Shown here: piece after piece, positions 21,501 to 30,458 of the stretch
Numbering within the stretch: the first letter of the stretch is position 1
Layout: every line of letters starts with the position of its first letter
Program-made: the position numbers and the translations under genes
NCBI GenBank assembly: GCA_016783505.1
Contig: JADHWK010000022.1
Location: forward strand, 1-34,644
Direction: 5' to 3'
Length of the DNA stretch: 34,644 nt
Source of the DNA: Candidatus Zhuqueibacterota bacterium
GTDB lineage: Bacteria > BS750m-G25
The notes under the pieces: model-generated
What the model saw: only the letters and a program-made list of their open reading frames with translations
Databases searched by the model: none
Told to the model about the DNA's origin: nothing

Positions 21501-21794
21501 GATGATCGTCCCGGTGATGGGCGCAAAACAGGGGTTGATTATGTCCCGGTGGAATGGAAACCAAGCATTTCAAATGTAACCAATCCTAATTCCAGGGTAA
21601 TTTATTATGATGCCAGTACAGAAAAGTATATGCAATATGTAGGTGACGTATGGGTTGAGGTGGAAAGTAAGCGGATTGATGAAATTCTTGATAATAAGGC
21701 ATATATTGACATGCCCAATCAAACCTATTTCACTTTTCTAAACCCAAGGGATTTCTTTTTCGGAATAAATGTAACCTTTGACCTGAAATTTTAA
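18561..21794 (+). CDS. TonB-dependent receptor 2
   Basis: Same architecture and motifs as receptor 1; C-terminal Phe; extra acidic DxNxNG insert. Confidence 0.93.
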   Translation: MRITKVLAIFFFLFSAYFVFAGTTGKIAGRVFDEDTGDPLPGANIIVVGTTMGAMGDMNGEYFIINIPPGKYTVKVTMMGYKAMVVENVRVSIDITTSQDFALPATIVDIGEEVTIIADRPVIQPDVAASLRNISSSQIEALPVTTVTEVIGLQAGITSALGIRGGSSDEALFMVDGIALRDERNNQPITKIPLSAVKEISVQTGGFNAEYHNVRSGVVNIVAKEGDPKYYSGTITIKYGPPASKHFGISPYDPNSFWLRPYLDPDVSWTGTSGETYDDLNSNGDWDEEEPFVDYNGDGEWTGWDKYTQRQYPPFDGWNAVSNRTLQDDDPTNDLTPEAAQRIYLWEKRKEGHITKPDYNVDLGFGGPVPVISERLGNLRFYTSFRKEQNMYLIPLSRDALTDRSWMTKLTSDITPSMKLTVLGLYGETYAAAFSRSGGTSYMEDTWDVASTIDRAGHTITWRLFTNDYWCPTSRYYNAVSAKLTHVLNPSTFYEVLLKRVGKKYHTLPGRHRDRTKKYEIFEGYFVDEAPFGFDEDPVWGIDGMGMGGSVSTSRDTSEIITTTAKFDFVSQINHNNQIKTGLEFVYDDFDMKFGMVNLVLPEGNTWTSIERKPYRGSIYLQDKIEYKGFISTIGLNMEYSNPNGNWYVVDIYDRGLYSSDYKSEDEPNINMKKAKSTITLSPRLAVSHPITQNSKLYFNYGHFRQMPTSERLYRVQRDVTNKIDYIGDPTLPLAKTVAYELGYDQALFNIYLLHLAAYYKDISDQEDWTRYISWDGKVNYRTLTSNSYEDIRGFEIDLTKMRGRWMTGNVNYEYRVGTSGYFGLKEYNENPVDQRNYLRQNPYQEKPLPRPRIKSNIDFHTPPDFGPKLAGQRPLGGWHLNFIARWTAGSWFTWNPNNIAGIEYNVQWKDYHNVDLKMSKTFPYGNVKLTFFMDVNNLFNVKDFSGESFYDSHDYDYYMESLHLPASIGDELGYGNIPGDDRPGDGRKTGVDYVPVEWKPSISNVTNPNSRVIYYDASTEKYMQYVGDVWVEVESKRIDEILDNKAYIDMPNQTYFTFLNPRDFFFGINVTFDLKF

Positions 21795-21824
21795 GTGAGT
21801 CAATATCCAAGCAAAGGAGGTATC

Positions 21825-23915
21825 GTGAAACTAAAAACACGGGATAACAGATTACATCATATAATACTTATCGTATGCTTGATCCTACTGATTGGTTCCA
21901 TAAATATTGCGACTGGCGATGAAACAAAGTGGATTGCGGTAGGAATGTTGCATGACTGGTATTCGAGCCTTGGTTGTGAAATAGAAGTAGGTCGTCGGCA
22001 TCTAGTACCGGATCAACAAGATGGATTAATATGGCCGGCGCAATTTAGATATCAGGATTCTAAAGCTGCTAAGGCGCTGTGGATCGGTGCTACAAACTAC
22101 AATGATCCTTTAGTAGATAGAACCTTTAATTATAAAGTTGTTCATATAGGACCCAGGGTCTGGGATGAACAAAGTGAATCCATGCCGGTAGAATTTAAGA
22201 TGATCGGGAGATTTGATCACCCTAATGTTTTGGTGGACGGAGTCCCCGCCTCCAATATGGTTCAAATGGACGTTGTGGATGAAATAGACGAGACGCTCCC
22301 AGCGGATAGAATGATTTATAACGTGGTAAATACTTCCATCGGCATTACGCTAACCCGTAGAATCTATGCGTTTAGCCAGCAGAATCACGATAATTACTTT
22401 ATCTATGATTATATCTTTAAAAATACCGGAATATGCAATAAGGACGGTAGCATCACACATGAACAGACTCTAGAAGGCGTTTATTTCTTTTTTCAATACC
22501 GATATGCCCCTTCCCGGGAGGGCGGCCCCTACGGTGATGATTATTGGTTGCCCCAGTCAACGTCATGGGGTCATAATACAATGAACGACGCCCGTAATGA
22601 ATCTCCACCATATTCTGAGGATGCCCCCCCCCGTTGTCTTTTTTCCTGGCATGGACTTCATTCCAAAGCTGCTTTTGACAATATAGGGGGACCCTATGGT
22701 GGGGAGGGGGGAGACGGACATCTGGGCGCTGCCCAATATGTGGGGGTGGTGACCATACATGCGGATAAATCGGCAACGGACAACTCCGATGACCCATACC
22801 AACCCACTACTACCCAATACTTAGGATCGGATGAGCCAATTACGTCGGGTAATGATCAGTTTAACGATGCTAAGATGACGGTAGAGTATGAGGCAATGAC
22901 TGCAGGTCATCCTGAAGAAAGACATGCTGATGCCGTAGGTGACGGCTATGCTGATGAATGGGGCGGCACCCCGGGCGGCTATTCCCATGGCCAGGGTTTC
23001 GGTCCCTATACTATCGCCCCCGGTGATAGTATTCATATCGTCATTGCAGAAGGGGTGGCCGGACTTTGTCGCGATTCCTGTTACACCATTGGTGCTAGAT
23101 GGTTAGAAGGAACTGGACCATTTATATTGCCTGATGGCTCCACCACGAACGATAAGGATGAGTATAAAAAAGCCTGGGTGTATACCGGTCAGGATTCGTT
23201 ATTTCAAACTCTTGAAAGGGCTATTGCAACCTACGATACCAATTTTATAATTCCCCAACCACCATCGCCTCCCGACTATTTTGAGGTAAACTCGGGTGGG
23301 GATCGCATTACTCTCACCTGGTCCAATAGTGCAGAATCATGGCCCAACTTCGGAGGCTATAAAATTTATCGTGCTATTCACGTACCGGATACTACTTATG
23401 AGGAGATTTTCGCCTGTGGAGTAGGCACGAATCATCCAGAAATCGTTTATGAATTTCTTGACACCTCACCGGTACGCGGTTTTGATTACTATTATTATAT
23501 CGTATCTTTTGAAGATGATATAACGAATGATGTTGACCCTGGAGTTCGGCTGGAAAGCAGTATGTTTTACACAATGACCAATGAGCCCGCCTATCTTCGT
23601 CGTCCTCCTGGCGAAAAATTTGCAGATATCAGAATCGTTCCCAATCCTTATAATATAAGAGCCCGTGAATTGCAATATGGTGCGAGTGGTCCTGATAGAA
23701 TTATGTTCCTGAACATACCCCCGGTTTGTACGATTAAAATTTTTACTGAACGGGGCGATCTCATTCAAACTATTGAACATACGGATGGCACCGGGGATGA
23801 AGCATGGAATTCGGTAACTTCCTCCAGGCAGGTTGTGGTCAGCGGTGTATATATTGCTGTTTTCGAAACGCCCGATGGGAAGAAAGCGATTAAAAAATTT
23901 ATAATTATACGCTAG
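21825..23915 (+). CDS. Secreted TBDR-partner protein 2 with FN3-like domain and variant CTD
   Basis: GTG start after AAAGGAGGT; paralogue of 14918; C-terminal IVPNPYNI...KFIIIR. Confidence 0.85.
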   Translation: MKLKTRDNRLHHIILIVCLILLIGSINIATGDETKWIAVGMLHDWYSSLGCEIEVGRRHLVPDQQDGLIWPAQFRYQDSKAAKALWIGATNYNDPLVDRTFNYKVVHIGPRVWDEQSESMPVEFKMIGRFDHPNVLVDGVPASNMVQMDVVDEIDETLPADRMIYNVVNTSIGITLTRRIYAFSQQNHDNYFIYDYIFKNTGICNKDGSITHEQTLEGVYFFFQYRYAPSREGGPYGDDYWLPQSTSWGHNTMNDARNESPPYSEDAPPRCLFSWHGLHSKAAFDNIGGPYGGEGGDGHLGAAQYVGVVTIHADKSATDNSDDPYQPTTTQYLGSDEPITSGNDQFNDAKMTVEYEAMTAGHPEERHADAVGDGYADEWGGTPGGYSHGQGFGPYTIAPGDSIHIVIAEGVAGLCRDSCYTIGARWLEGTGPFILPDGSTTNDKDEYKKAWVYTGQDSLFQTLERAIATYDTNFIIPQPPSPPDYFEVNSGGDRITLTWSNSAESWPNFGGYKIYRAIHVPDTTYEEIFACGVGTNHPEIVYEFLDTSPVRGFDYYYYIVSFEDDITNDVDPGVRLESSMFYTMTNEPAYLRRPPGEKFADIRIVPNPYNIRARELQYGASGPDRIMFLNIPPVCTIKIFTERGDLIQTIEHTDGTGDEAWNSVTSSRQVVVSGVYIAVFETPDGKKAIKKFIIIR

Positions 23916-23961
23916 TTATGCAAAAATATACTACTTAAGAAAAGTAAATATAAGGAGAAAA

Positions 23962-24549
23962 ATGATGTCTACCAATTTTATTAAAAAACTTGTCGCCTTG
24001 GTTGTCTGTATCCCGCTTATTGTTTTGCTTATTAGTTGTGAGGAATATCAAGAGGAAGATTTTACCATCGCAGACATGGATGCTAGAGCCTGTGAGCTTT
24101 TTGAGGATACTGTGAGCGTTAAAATCCCTAGATTTCCATTGGTTAGTTTCGACTCAACCTGGGTGGACTCTGCGGTTTATGAAAATGTACTCGAAATATT
24201 AGATTCTTTAGAAGCAAATGAAATAATAGTAACGGATAGCGACACGAGCTTTACAATCACCACGGCGGAAAACGTTGAGATGTATTATATTTGTTTCTTT
24301 ACGGAACTGAACGAAGTGGTAATTTTCTCCAATTATTTTACGGACATGAATATTATAGATGCAGATGGAACTGTTATTAATAAAGAAAGTAGTGTAATTT
24401 CGCTGGAAACAGTCGCTGGTTGCTCTGAAATAAGAACTCGTAATGTTTATAATCTTTCAGAACGGAAGAATTTGCTGCAAATTGTAAAGATTGAGTCGGA
24501 TCAGACGGGGGGAAAACCTTTTCTACTGGTGATTTTACCGAGTCATTAA
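23962..24549 (+). CDS. Hypothetical lipoprotein
   Basis: SD AAGGAG; signal peptide with LISC lipobox followed by acidic EEYQEED. Confidence 0.8.
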   Translation: MMSTNFIKKLVALVVCIPLIVLLISCEEYQEEDFTIADMDARACELFEDTVSVKIPRFPLVSFDSTWVDSAVYENVLEILDSLEANEIIVTDSDTSFTITTAENVEMYYICFFTELNEVVIFSNYFTDMNIIDADGTVINKESSVISLETVAGCSEIRTRNVYNLSERKNLLQIVKIESDQTGGKPFLLVILPSH

Positions 24550-24607
24550 AATATCAATTGATCCGTCTCCGATTATATCTATAGGTTGTAATATTGGAGG
24601 GCTTATC

Positions 24608-25591
24608 ATGAGAAAGAAAATCTTAAGCTTTATTGTGATAATTTTGGCTATTACCCTGGTTATATCAAATGGTTACTCACAAAAAAAATTGGCACAGACC
24701 GGATTTCAGTTTTTGAGCATAGGGCAAGATGCTCGGGCATCCGCCATGGGTGAAGCGTTCACAACCGTCGAAGGGGTTTCCAGCGCCCTTTTTCACAACC
24801 CTGCGGGGATGGCAAGGCTTTCCTCTTTCGTGGATGTGGCTGCCAGCCAAAACAATTGGATTGCAGATATTAAACACAACTCTCTCAGCATCGCATTGAA
24901 TCCCTTGCAGGGAAGATATGGTGTGTTTGGCATCAGTGCGATGTGGGTGGACTATGGGGAAATCCAGGGGACTATGGTTTGGGAAAACGTAGATGGTTAT
25001 ATAGATACGGAGGTATTTGAACCTAAAGCAATTGCTGTTGGGATAGGTTATGCCAAGTATTTAACCGATAGATTTGCAGTAGGAGGACAAATTAAGGAAG
25101 TCGCCCAGTCTTTGGGAAAAAGTGTTATACCTGAAGAAGGGGCTAAAAAGAATATCGCCTCGGCTTTGGCATTTGATTTTGGCACCATATATCGAACGGG
25201 CTTTAAGAGTTTATCTTTTGGTATGTCAGTCCGCAATTTTTCAGAAGAACTGAAATTTGAAAAAGAGGGTTTTCAGCTCCCCCTCACTTTTAAAATTGGT
25301 GTTTCAATGGATGTATTTGATTTTTACATGAAAATGCCTGAGGGACATTCTCTTCTGATGGTCATGGATGCAGTTCATCCGCGGTCATATCCGGAATATA
25401 TTAATTGGGGCGCTGAATATTTATTTATGGACATGTTTGCCTTAAGGGCAGGATATGTGTCCAATCAAGATGAATACGGTTTGACCTATGGTTTTGGCAT
25501 GCAGAAATTTGGGTTGGCAATCAATTATGCATACACCTCGTTTGGCGTTTTTGATCCTGTTCAAAGATTCACCATTCGATTTTCGATATAG
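24608..25591 (+). CDS. PorV/PorQ family outer-membrane barrel 2
   Basis: KKLAQTGFQFLSIGQDARASAMG...FHNPAG; paralogue of 17143. Confidence 0.88.
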   Translation: MRKKILSFIVIILAITLVISNGYSQKKLAQTGFQFLSIGQDARASAMGEAFTTVEGVSSALFHNPAGMARLSSFVDVAASQNNWIADIKHNSLSIALNPLQGRYGVFGISAMWVDYGEIQGTMVWENVDGYIDTEVFEPKAIAVGIGYAKYLTDRFAVGGQIKEVAQSLGKSVIPEEGAKKNIASALAFDFGTIYRTGFKSLSFGMSVRNFSEELKFEKEGFQLPLTFKIGVSMDVFDFYMKMPEGHSLLMVMDAVHPRSYPEYINWGAEYLFMDMFALRAGYVSNQDEYGLTYGFGMQKFGLAINYAYTSFGVFDPVQRFTIRFSI

Positions 25592-25616
25592 GTTAAAAAT
25601 CATAAGGAGATATCCA

Positions 25617-26819
25617 ATGAAGAAAGTTATTGTGGTTATCGTTATGTTGTCCCTTGCCATATTCTTTGTTGCAGGGTGTGAGCCTGATTATCCCGACAGC
25701 GTTTGGGATCCAGATTATCAGGGTAAACCAGATCCCATCATAACCGGTGTTGAGCCCGATAGTGCCCTAGCTGGAATTGATACTGTTAGAATAATAGGTG
25801 AAAACTTTTCCCCGGAAGTAGGGGAAAATCATGTCTCTTTTGATGGTAACAAAGCGACCACTTTATCAGCTACTGATACTGTAGTCACTGTGCTCACACC
25901 TAATGTAGTTGGGGACTCCTTGAGAATCCAACTGCGTGTGGATGACGCTATTTTATTTGATTATTATTATCCTTACAAGCTTGAACCAGCGGTAATTGAA
26001 TATGGTGGCTTTGGCGATTTCGATTATGTTTCGGGTTTAGCCTGTGATCTCTCAGAAAATATCTATGTTTTGAGTCAGACTGAGGATGTTATTAAGGTTA
26101 CCCCTGAGGGAGAGCAAATCGTACATGGTACCAATATCTTCATTACTACTCCTGGTATGAAAATTGGACTAGGGGGGTATTTGTACATATTAAGGGGTAA
26201 TAAGAAGGTTTATCGAATTCTCCCAGAGGGTGGTTCTGAAAGTAGTTGGGTAACCCTTTCAGGCAAAGTTTCTGATATTGATTTTGATTCAAACGGAATT
26301 CTTTATGCTGCTGGAAAGGGGGACTCCATTTATAGTATCAAGTCCGATGGTTCATTTTTTGGAGCAGCGGCTTATATTGACTATAATATAATCAGTGTAC
26401 GGGTATACGAGCCTTATGTATACGTGGCAGGAAAATATGAGGGTACTGATACGACCGAAGGTATTTGGCGTAATCGTATAATCTCCTCCGAAGGTGAGCT
26501 TGATGATAACGAACTTGTGTTTGATTGGGGCAATTATGTAGGGGAAGATGGTCCTTCAATACTATCAATTACTTTTTCAGAGACAGGTGAACTGTATATA
26601 GGTCAAGATAAAGAAGATGCTATTACCATATACTCGCTCGCAACTGAAACTACCAGAATACTGTATCCAGGCATATTGTACCCACCTGCTACTTATATGT
26701 GCTGGGGTAATGGAGATTACCTGTATGTGAATCGGCATGATGAGGAAGTCGTTTCCAAAAGGCGTATTATGAGGATAAACATGAAATTAAAAGGAGCACC
26801 CTATTTCGGTCGGCAGTAG
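25617..26819 (+). CDS. Lipoprotein with IPT/TIG domain and NHL-like beta-propeller
   Basis: ATG at 25617 after AAGGAGA; VAGC lipobox; P.ITGV.P...V.IIGENFS....N.VSF IPT/TIG motif; repeats such as GLACD..ENIYV and DIDFDSNGILY. Confidence 0.85.
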   Translation: MKKVIVVIVMLSLAIFFVAGCEPDYPDSVWDPDYQGKPDPIITGVEPDSALAGIDTVRIIGENFSPEVGENHVSFDGNKATTLSATDTVVTVLTPNVVGDSLRIQLRVDDAILFDYYYPYKLEPAVIEYGGFGDFDYVSGLACDLSENIYVLSQTEDVIKVTPEGEQIVHGTNIFITTPGMKIGLGGYLYILRGNKKVYRILPEGGSESSWVTLSGKVSDIDFDSNGILYAAGKGDSIYSIKSDGSFFGAAAYIDYNIISVRVYEPYVYVAGKYEGTDTTEGIWRNRIISSEGELDDNELVFDWGNYVGEDGPSILSITFSETGELYIGQDKEDAITIYSLATETTRILYPGILYPPATYMCWGNGDYLYVNRHDEEVVSKRRIMRINMKLKGAPYFGRQ

Positions 26820-26970
26820 AGTTCGTTAAATTATTGGTAACATTTCACCCCCCATCAAACAAAACCTAATTTATAGCAGCTAAAAAGATAGTAGAGAAGC
26901 AAAAGTTTGGAAATCCTGCCGTTCTCGTTCCGATGTATCGGGACTAATTCGGAAGGTCGGTCAGATGCCC

Positions 26971-27134
26971 GGGCCTGTGGCACAACTAGTAAACGTTGCT
27001 AATGTCCAGAACCTATCTAAAGATAAGGTTCTGGTTAATGTTTTGTTTAGCAATTAGTTAACCAGAACCGCTCTTTAGAGCGGTTCTAAACATAACCCCT
27101 AAATTATCAATTACGATAGTTCTGCAACAGACCC
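26971..27134. mobile_element. 164-bp non-autonomous MITE with IS1182-like terminal inverted repeats
   Basis: Left end GGGCCTGTGGCACAACTA and right end TAGTTCTGCAACAGACCC (15/18 inverted match); GCCC duplicated at 26967-26970 and 27135-27138; two internal hairpins. Confidence 0.7.
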
Positions 27135-27145
27135 GCCCGACTAAA

Positions 27146-27334
27146 TGGATTCCTGCTTTAAAAACTGTCGGCCCCAAAGGTCTTGGGACCCGAAGGGTCT
27201 TGCCTGCCCGTAGGCGGATCACTCAGACGAGCCGTATGGCCGACCGGTCCGCCGTGCCCGGTCCCAAGATCGCTTTGCGACTAGGGTAGGAGGCTACGCT
27301 CCCAGGGGGAAACGATCTGGGGACAGGAATGACA
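27146..27334. repeat. GC-rich nest of REP-like palindromes
   Basis: Outer TGGATTCCTG...CAGGAATGACA; inner TCTTGGGACC/GGTCCCAAGA, GACCCGAAGGGTC, TCGCTTTGCGA, GGAGGCTACGCTCC. Confidence 0.55.
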
Positions 27335-27378
27335 AGGGGTCAACTGTTACAATAATTGGATATTAACCTTCCGCGATA

Positions 27379-30300
27379 ATGGAAATTTATTCTACAAAGA
27401 GATCCCTCCTGTTGGGGATCTTTGTCCTTCTGTTTTTGCCTTATTCTGCATTTGCCGGGATTACCGGAAAGATTGCCGGTCGAATTACCGATGCTGACAA
27501 TGGTGAAGGGCTTCCAGGTGTAAATGTAATCATCGAAGGACTGGCGATAGGGGCGGCAACGGGTATTAATGGCTACTACGTAATCCTGAATGTCCCCCCC
27601 GGGACTTATACGCTCAAGGCTTTAATGATGGGTTATACGACTGTAACCACAACGCACGTCCGTGTCGTTATGGATCTTACCACAACCATTGACTTTCAGA
27701 TGCATTCAGAAGTATTGGACATTGGTGAAGTAACAGTCGTCGCCGAACGCCCAGTGGTTGCCCCCGATATTTCAGCCAGCCAGATGAATGTGGAAGCCAA
27801 GACGATAGAAAACCTGCCCGTTGTAAGTATTTCCGAGGTCGTTGAGCTTCAAGCTGGTATTGAAGCCGGCACTCAAGGACCGGTTATTCGTAGTGGTGGC
27901 CCTCATCAGACAGCATTTATTGTGGACGGATTCAAACTTAACGATGAGCGGTCCAACATCCCCTACACTGCTGTCAGCTTGAGTTCGGTTAAGGAAGTGC
28001 AGATACAGACCGGAGGATTTAACGCAGAATATGGTAACATGCGTTCAGGTGTCATCAATGTTGTCACTAAAGAAGGGGAACGCAATCGTTACGGTGGACG
28101 TGTTACCCTTCGTTATCGCCCCCCCGCCCCAAAACATTTCGGCCCTTCAGTCTATGATCCTGATACATATTTCACCCGTCCCTATATGGACCCTGCTGTC
28201 TGTTGGACTGGTACTGCAAATAGTGCTTGGGATTCATATACTCAACGTCAGTATCCGAGCTTTGAAGGCTGGAATGCGATCTCGGTGGCCACCTTGCAAG
28301 ACGCTGATCCAACAAATGACCTTACACCCGAAGGGGCAAAGCGCTTGTGGGAGTGGCAGCATCGTCGGCAGGGTGATATTGTAGACCCTGATTACACCGT
28401 TGATGTCGGTTTTGGGGGGCCAATCCCCTTTATCAGTGAAAAGCTTGGGAACCTACGATTCTACGCTTCCCATCGCACCGAACGGGATATGTTCATTTTC
28501 CCCCTTTCTCGTGATAGTTATAATGATAGTTTTACGCAGCTTAAACTTACTGCTAACATAAGTCCTATGATGAAATTGATTTTCACCGGGATGTATGGTG
28601 AAACCCATTCTGTTTCCCCGTATCAATGGAAAACTACTCCAACCGAACGAGTTCTAAGAACTCCCTATGAAGTTGCTGATTATGTAAGCAGCAGTTCCGG
28701 GAATAGTAACATATATATGCCCGGATGGTTTAGTCCTACCTTAATTAACCGGAATATTATCGGGCTAAAATTTAACCATGTGTTGAGTTCGAGAACATTT
28801 TATGAAATAATTGTTCAAAATAATATAAATAGATACAATACATTTAAAATGGCGGATCGTGATACGACAAAGAATAATGAGATTATTCCCGGCTATTATG
28901 TTGATGAGGCACCTTACGGTTATTGGGGATATGGTGTCACCGGTATTGATGGTATGAGGATAGGGGGATGGATGAATTTAGGTCGGGATTCAAGTGTGAT
29001 TAAAACAACTACTCTCCGCTTTGATTTCACAAGTCAATTAAATAATACTAATCAGTTCAAAACTGGTTTAGAAATTGTCTATAATGATTACGACATCAAG
29101 TCATCTACAGAAAATCCTTCCATGAGTACCTGGCGTCGAAAACAGGTCTATGAGATTTTTCCTTATAGAATTGGTGCCTATGTTCAGGATAAACTGGAAT
29201 TTCAAGGATTTATTGCCAACGTCGGCGTACGACTAGATTATTCCGATGCCAACTCCATGCGCTATCAATTGGACCCCTATGATGAATATTTCAGTCAGGG
29301 TTTTGGAGACTTAATAGAGCCAGAGGCACCCACCGAAGATGCGAAACCCAGTTTGAGTTTGAGTCCACGCCTCGGGGTTGCCCACCCCATTACCGTAAAT
29401 TCCAAGTTGTATTTCAACTACGGCCATTTTCGTCAAGAACCCGCTTCCTCTTACAGATTTCGGCTTCAGAGAGAAGCCAATGGCCTGGTAACGTCAATAG
29501 GAGACCCCAACCTTGAAACGGAAAAAACGGTGTCTTATGAATTAGGATACGAGCATGCGCTTTTCAATGATTATTTGCTCCACTTGGCAGCATATTATAA
29601 AGACGTTACAAATCAGCCTGGCTGGGTTTATTATCAAGACATCAAGAATGCGGTGCAGTATGATAGGGCTGCTAATAATAACTACGAAGACATCCGCGGA
29701 TTTGAGGTAACTTTGACTAAACGTGTTGGAAGCTGGATTGGCGGTTTTATCAATTATACGTATGATGTTCGGACATCCGGATATTTCGGTTTGACAAAAT
29801 ACTATGAGGATCCCCAGGAGCAGCGGGACTATTTGAGATTAAATCCCTATCAGGAAAAACCACATCCACAACCTTATGCTCGAGCAAATTTAGACTTGCA
29901 TACCCCCGACAATTTTGGTCCTGGGTGGTTAGGTTTTAAACCATTAGGTGATTGGAATTTGAATATTTTAACAAACTGGTCAGCCGGGACTTATACAACT
30001 TACAATCCGAATCAAATACCTGGATTGGTTGATAATGTTCAGTGGAAAGATAGACACAATATTGACTTGCGATTTTCAAAAAATATTAAGGTAAGTAAAT
30101 ACAATTTTCAATTCTTTTTGGATGTTACGAACGCTCTCAATAATAAATTCCTTAGCTATGCCGGTTTCTCAGATAACTATGATTATCTTGATTATATGGA
30201 ATCATTGCATTTCTCTTGGGAAGATGGAGTTGAACACGGTAACGATAGGGTGGGTGAATACCGTAAAGAGGGTGTTGATTATGAACCGTATGATCCCACC

Positions 30301-30432
30301 GATCCGACAAAAACCCGAGAAGATTTACAGAGGATATTAGATACCAAAGCCTATATTGATATGCCCAATTTAACCTATTTCACCTTTCTCAATCCGCGGG
30401 ATATTACATTCGGCATTAAAATATATTTCTAA
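27379..30432 (+). CDS. TonB-dependent receptor 3
   Basis: Same architecture and motifs as receptors 1 and 2; ends KIYF. Confidence 0.93.
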   Translation: MEIYSTKRSLLLGIFVLLFLPYSAFAGITGKIAGRITDADNGEGLPGVNVIIEGLAIGAATGINGYYVILNVPPGTYTLKALMMGYTTVTTTHVRVVMDLTTTIDFQMHSEVLDIGEVTVVAERPVVAPDISASQMNVEAKTIENLPVVSISEVVELQAGIEAGTQGPVIRSGGPHQTAFIVDGFKLNDERSNIPYTAVSLSSVKEVQIQTGGFNAEYGNMRSGVINVVTKEGERNRYGGRVTLRYRPPAPKHFGPSVYDPDTYFTRPYMDPAVCWTGTANSAWDSYTQRQYPSFEGWNAISVATLQDADPTNDLTPEGAKRLWEWQHRRQGDIVDPDYTVDVGFGGPIPFISEKLGNLRFYASHRTERDMFIFPLSRDSYNDSFTQLKLTANISPMMKLIFTGMYGETHSVSPYQWKTTPTERVLRTPYEVADYVSSSSGNSNIYMPGWFSPTLINRNIIGLKFNHVLSSRTFYEIIVQNNINRYNTFKMADRDTTKNNEIIPGYYVDEAPYGYWGYGVTGIDGMRIGGWMNLGRDSSVIKTTTLRFDFTSQLNNTNQFKTGLEIVYNDYDIKSSTENPSMSTWRRKQVYEIFPYRIGAYVQDKLEFQGFIANVGVRLDYSDANSMRYQLDPYDEYFSQGFGDLIEPEAPTEDAKPSLSLSPRLGVAHPITVNSKLYFNYGHFRQEPASSYRFRLQREANGLVTSIGDPNLETEKTVSYELGYEHALFNDYLLHLAAYYKDVTNQPGWVYYQDIKNAVQYDRAANNNYEDIRGFEVTLTKRVGSWIGGFINYTYDVRTSGYFGLTKYYEDPQEQRDYLRLNPYQEKPHPQPYARANLDLHTPDNFGPGWLGFKPLGDWNLNILTNWSAGTYTTYNPNQIPGLVDNVQWKDRHNIDLRFSKNIKVSKYNFQFFLDVTNALNNKFLSYAGFSDNYDYLDYMESLHFSWEDGVEHGNDRVGEYRKEGVDYEPYDPTDPTKTREDLQRILDTKAYIDMPNLTYFTFLNPRDITFGIKIYF

Positions 30433-30458
30433 TTTGCCTTAACCCTGGTAAAATATAA

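Noticed and set aside
25488-25616. N-terminal extension of the IPT/TIG ORF
   Set aside because: It overlaps barrel 2; the ATG at 25617 has an SD and begins a proper signal peptide.
27219-27226. Hammerhead ribozyme core on the minus strand (CTGAGTGA)
   Set aside because: It does not fit CUGANGA, and no matching GAAA with three-stem geometry was found.
27228-27265. Group II intron domain V (GAGCCGTATG)
   Set aside because: The rest of the D5 hairpin (GNRA loop, CACGTACGGTTC) and D6 are absent, and there is no reverse transcriptase.
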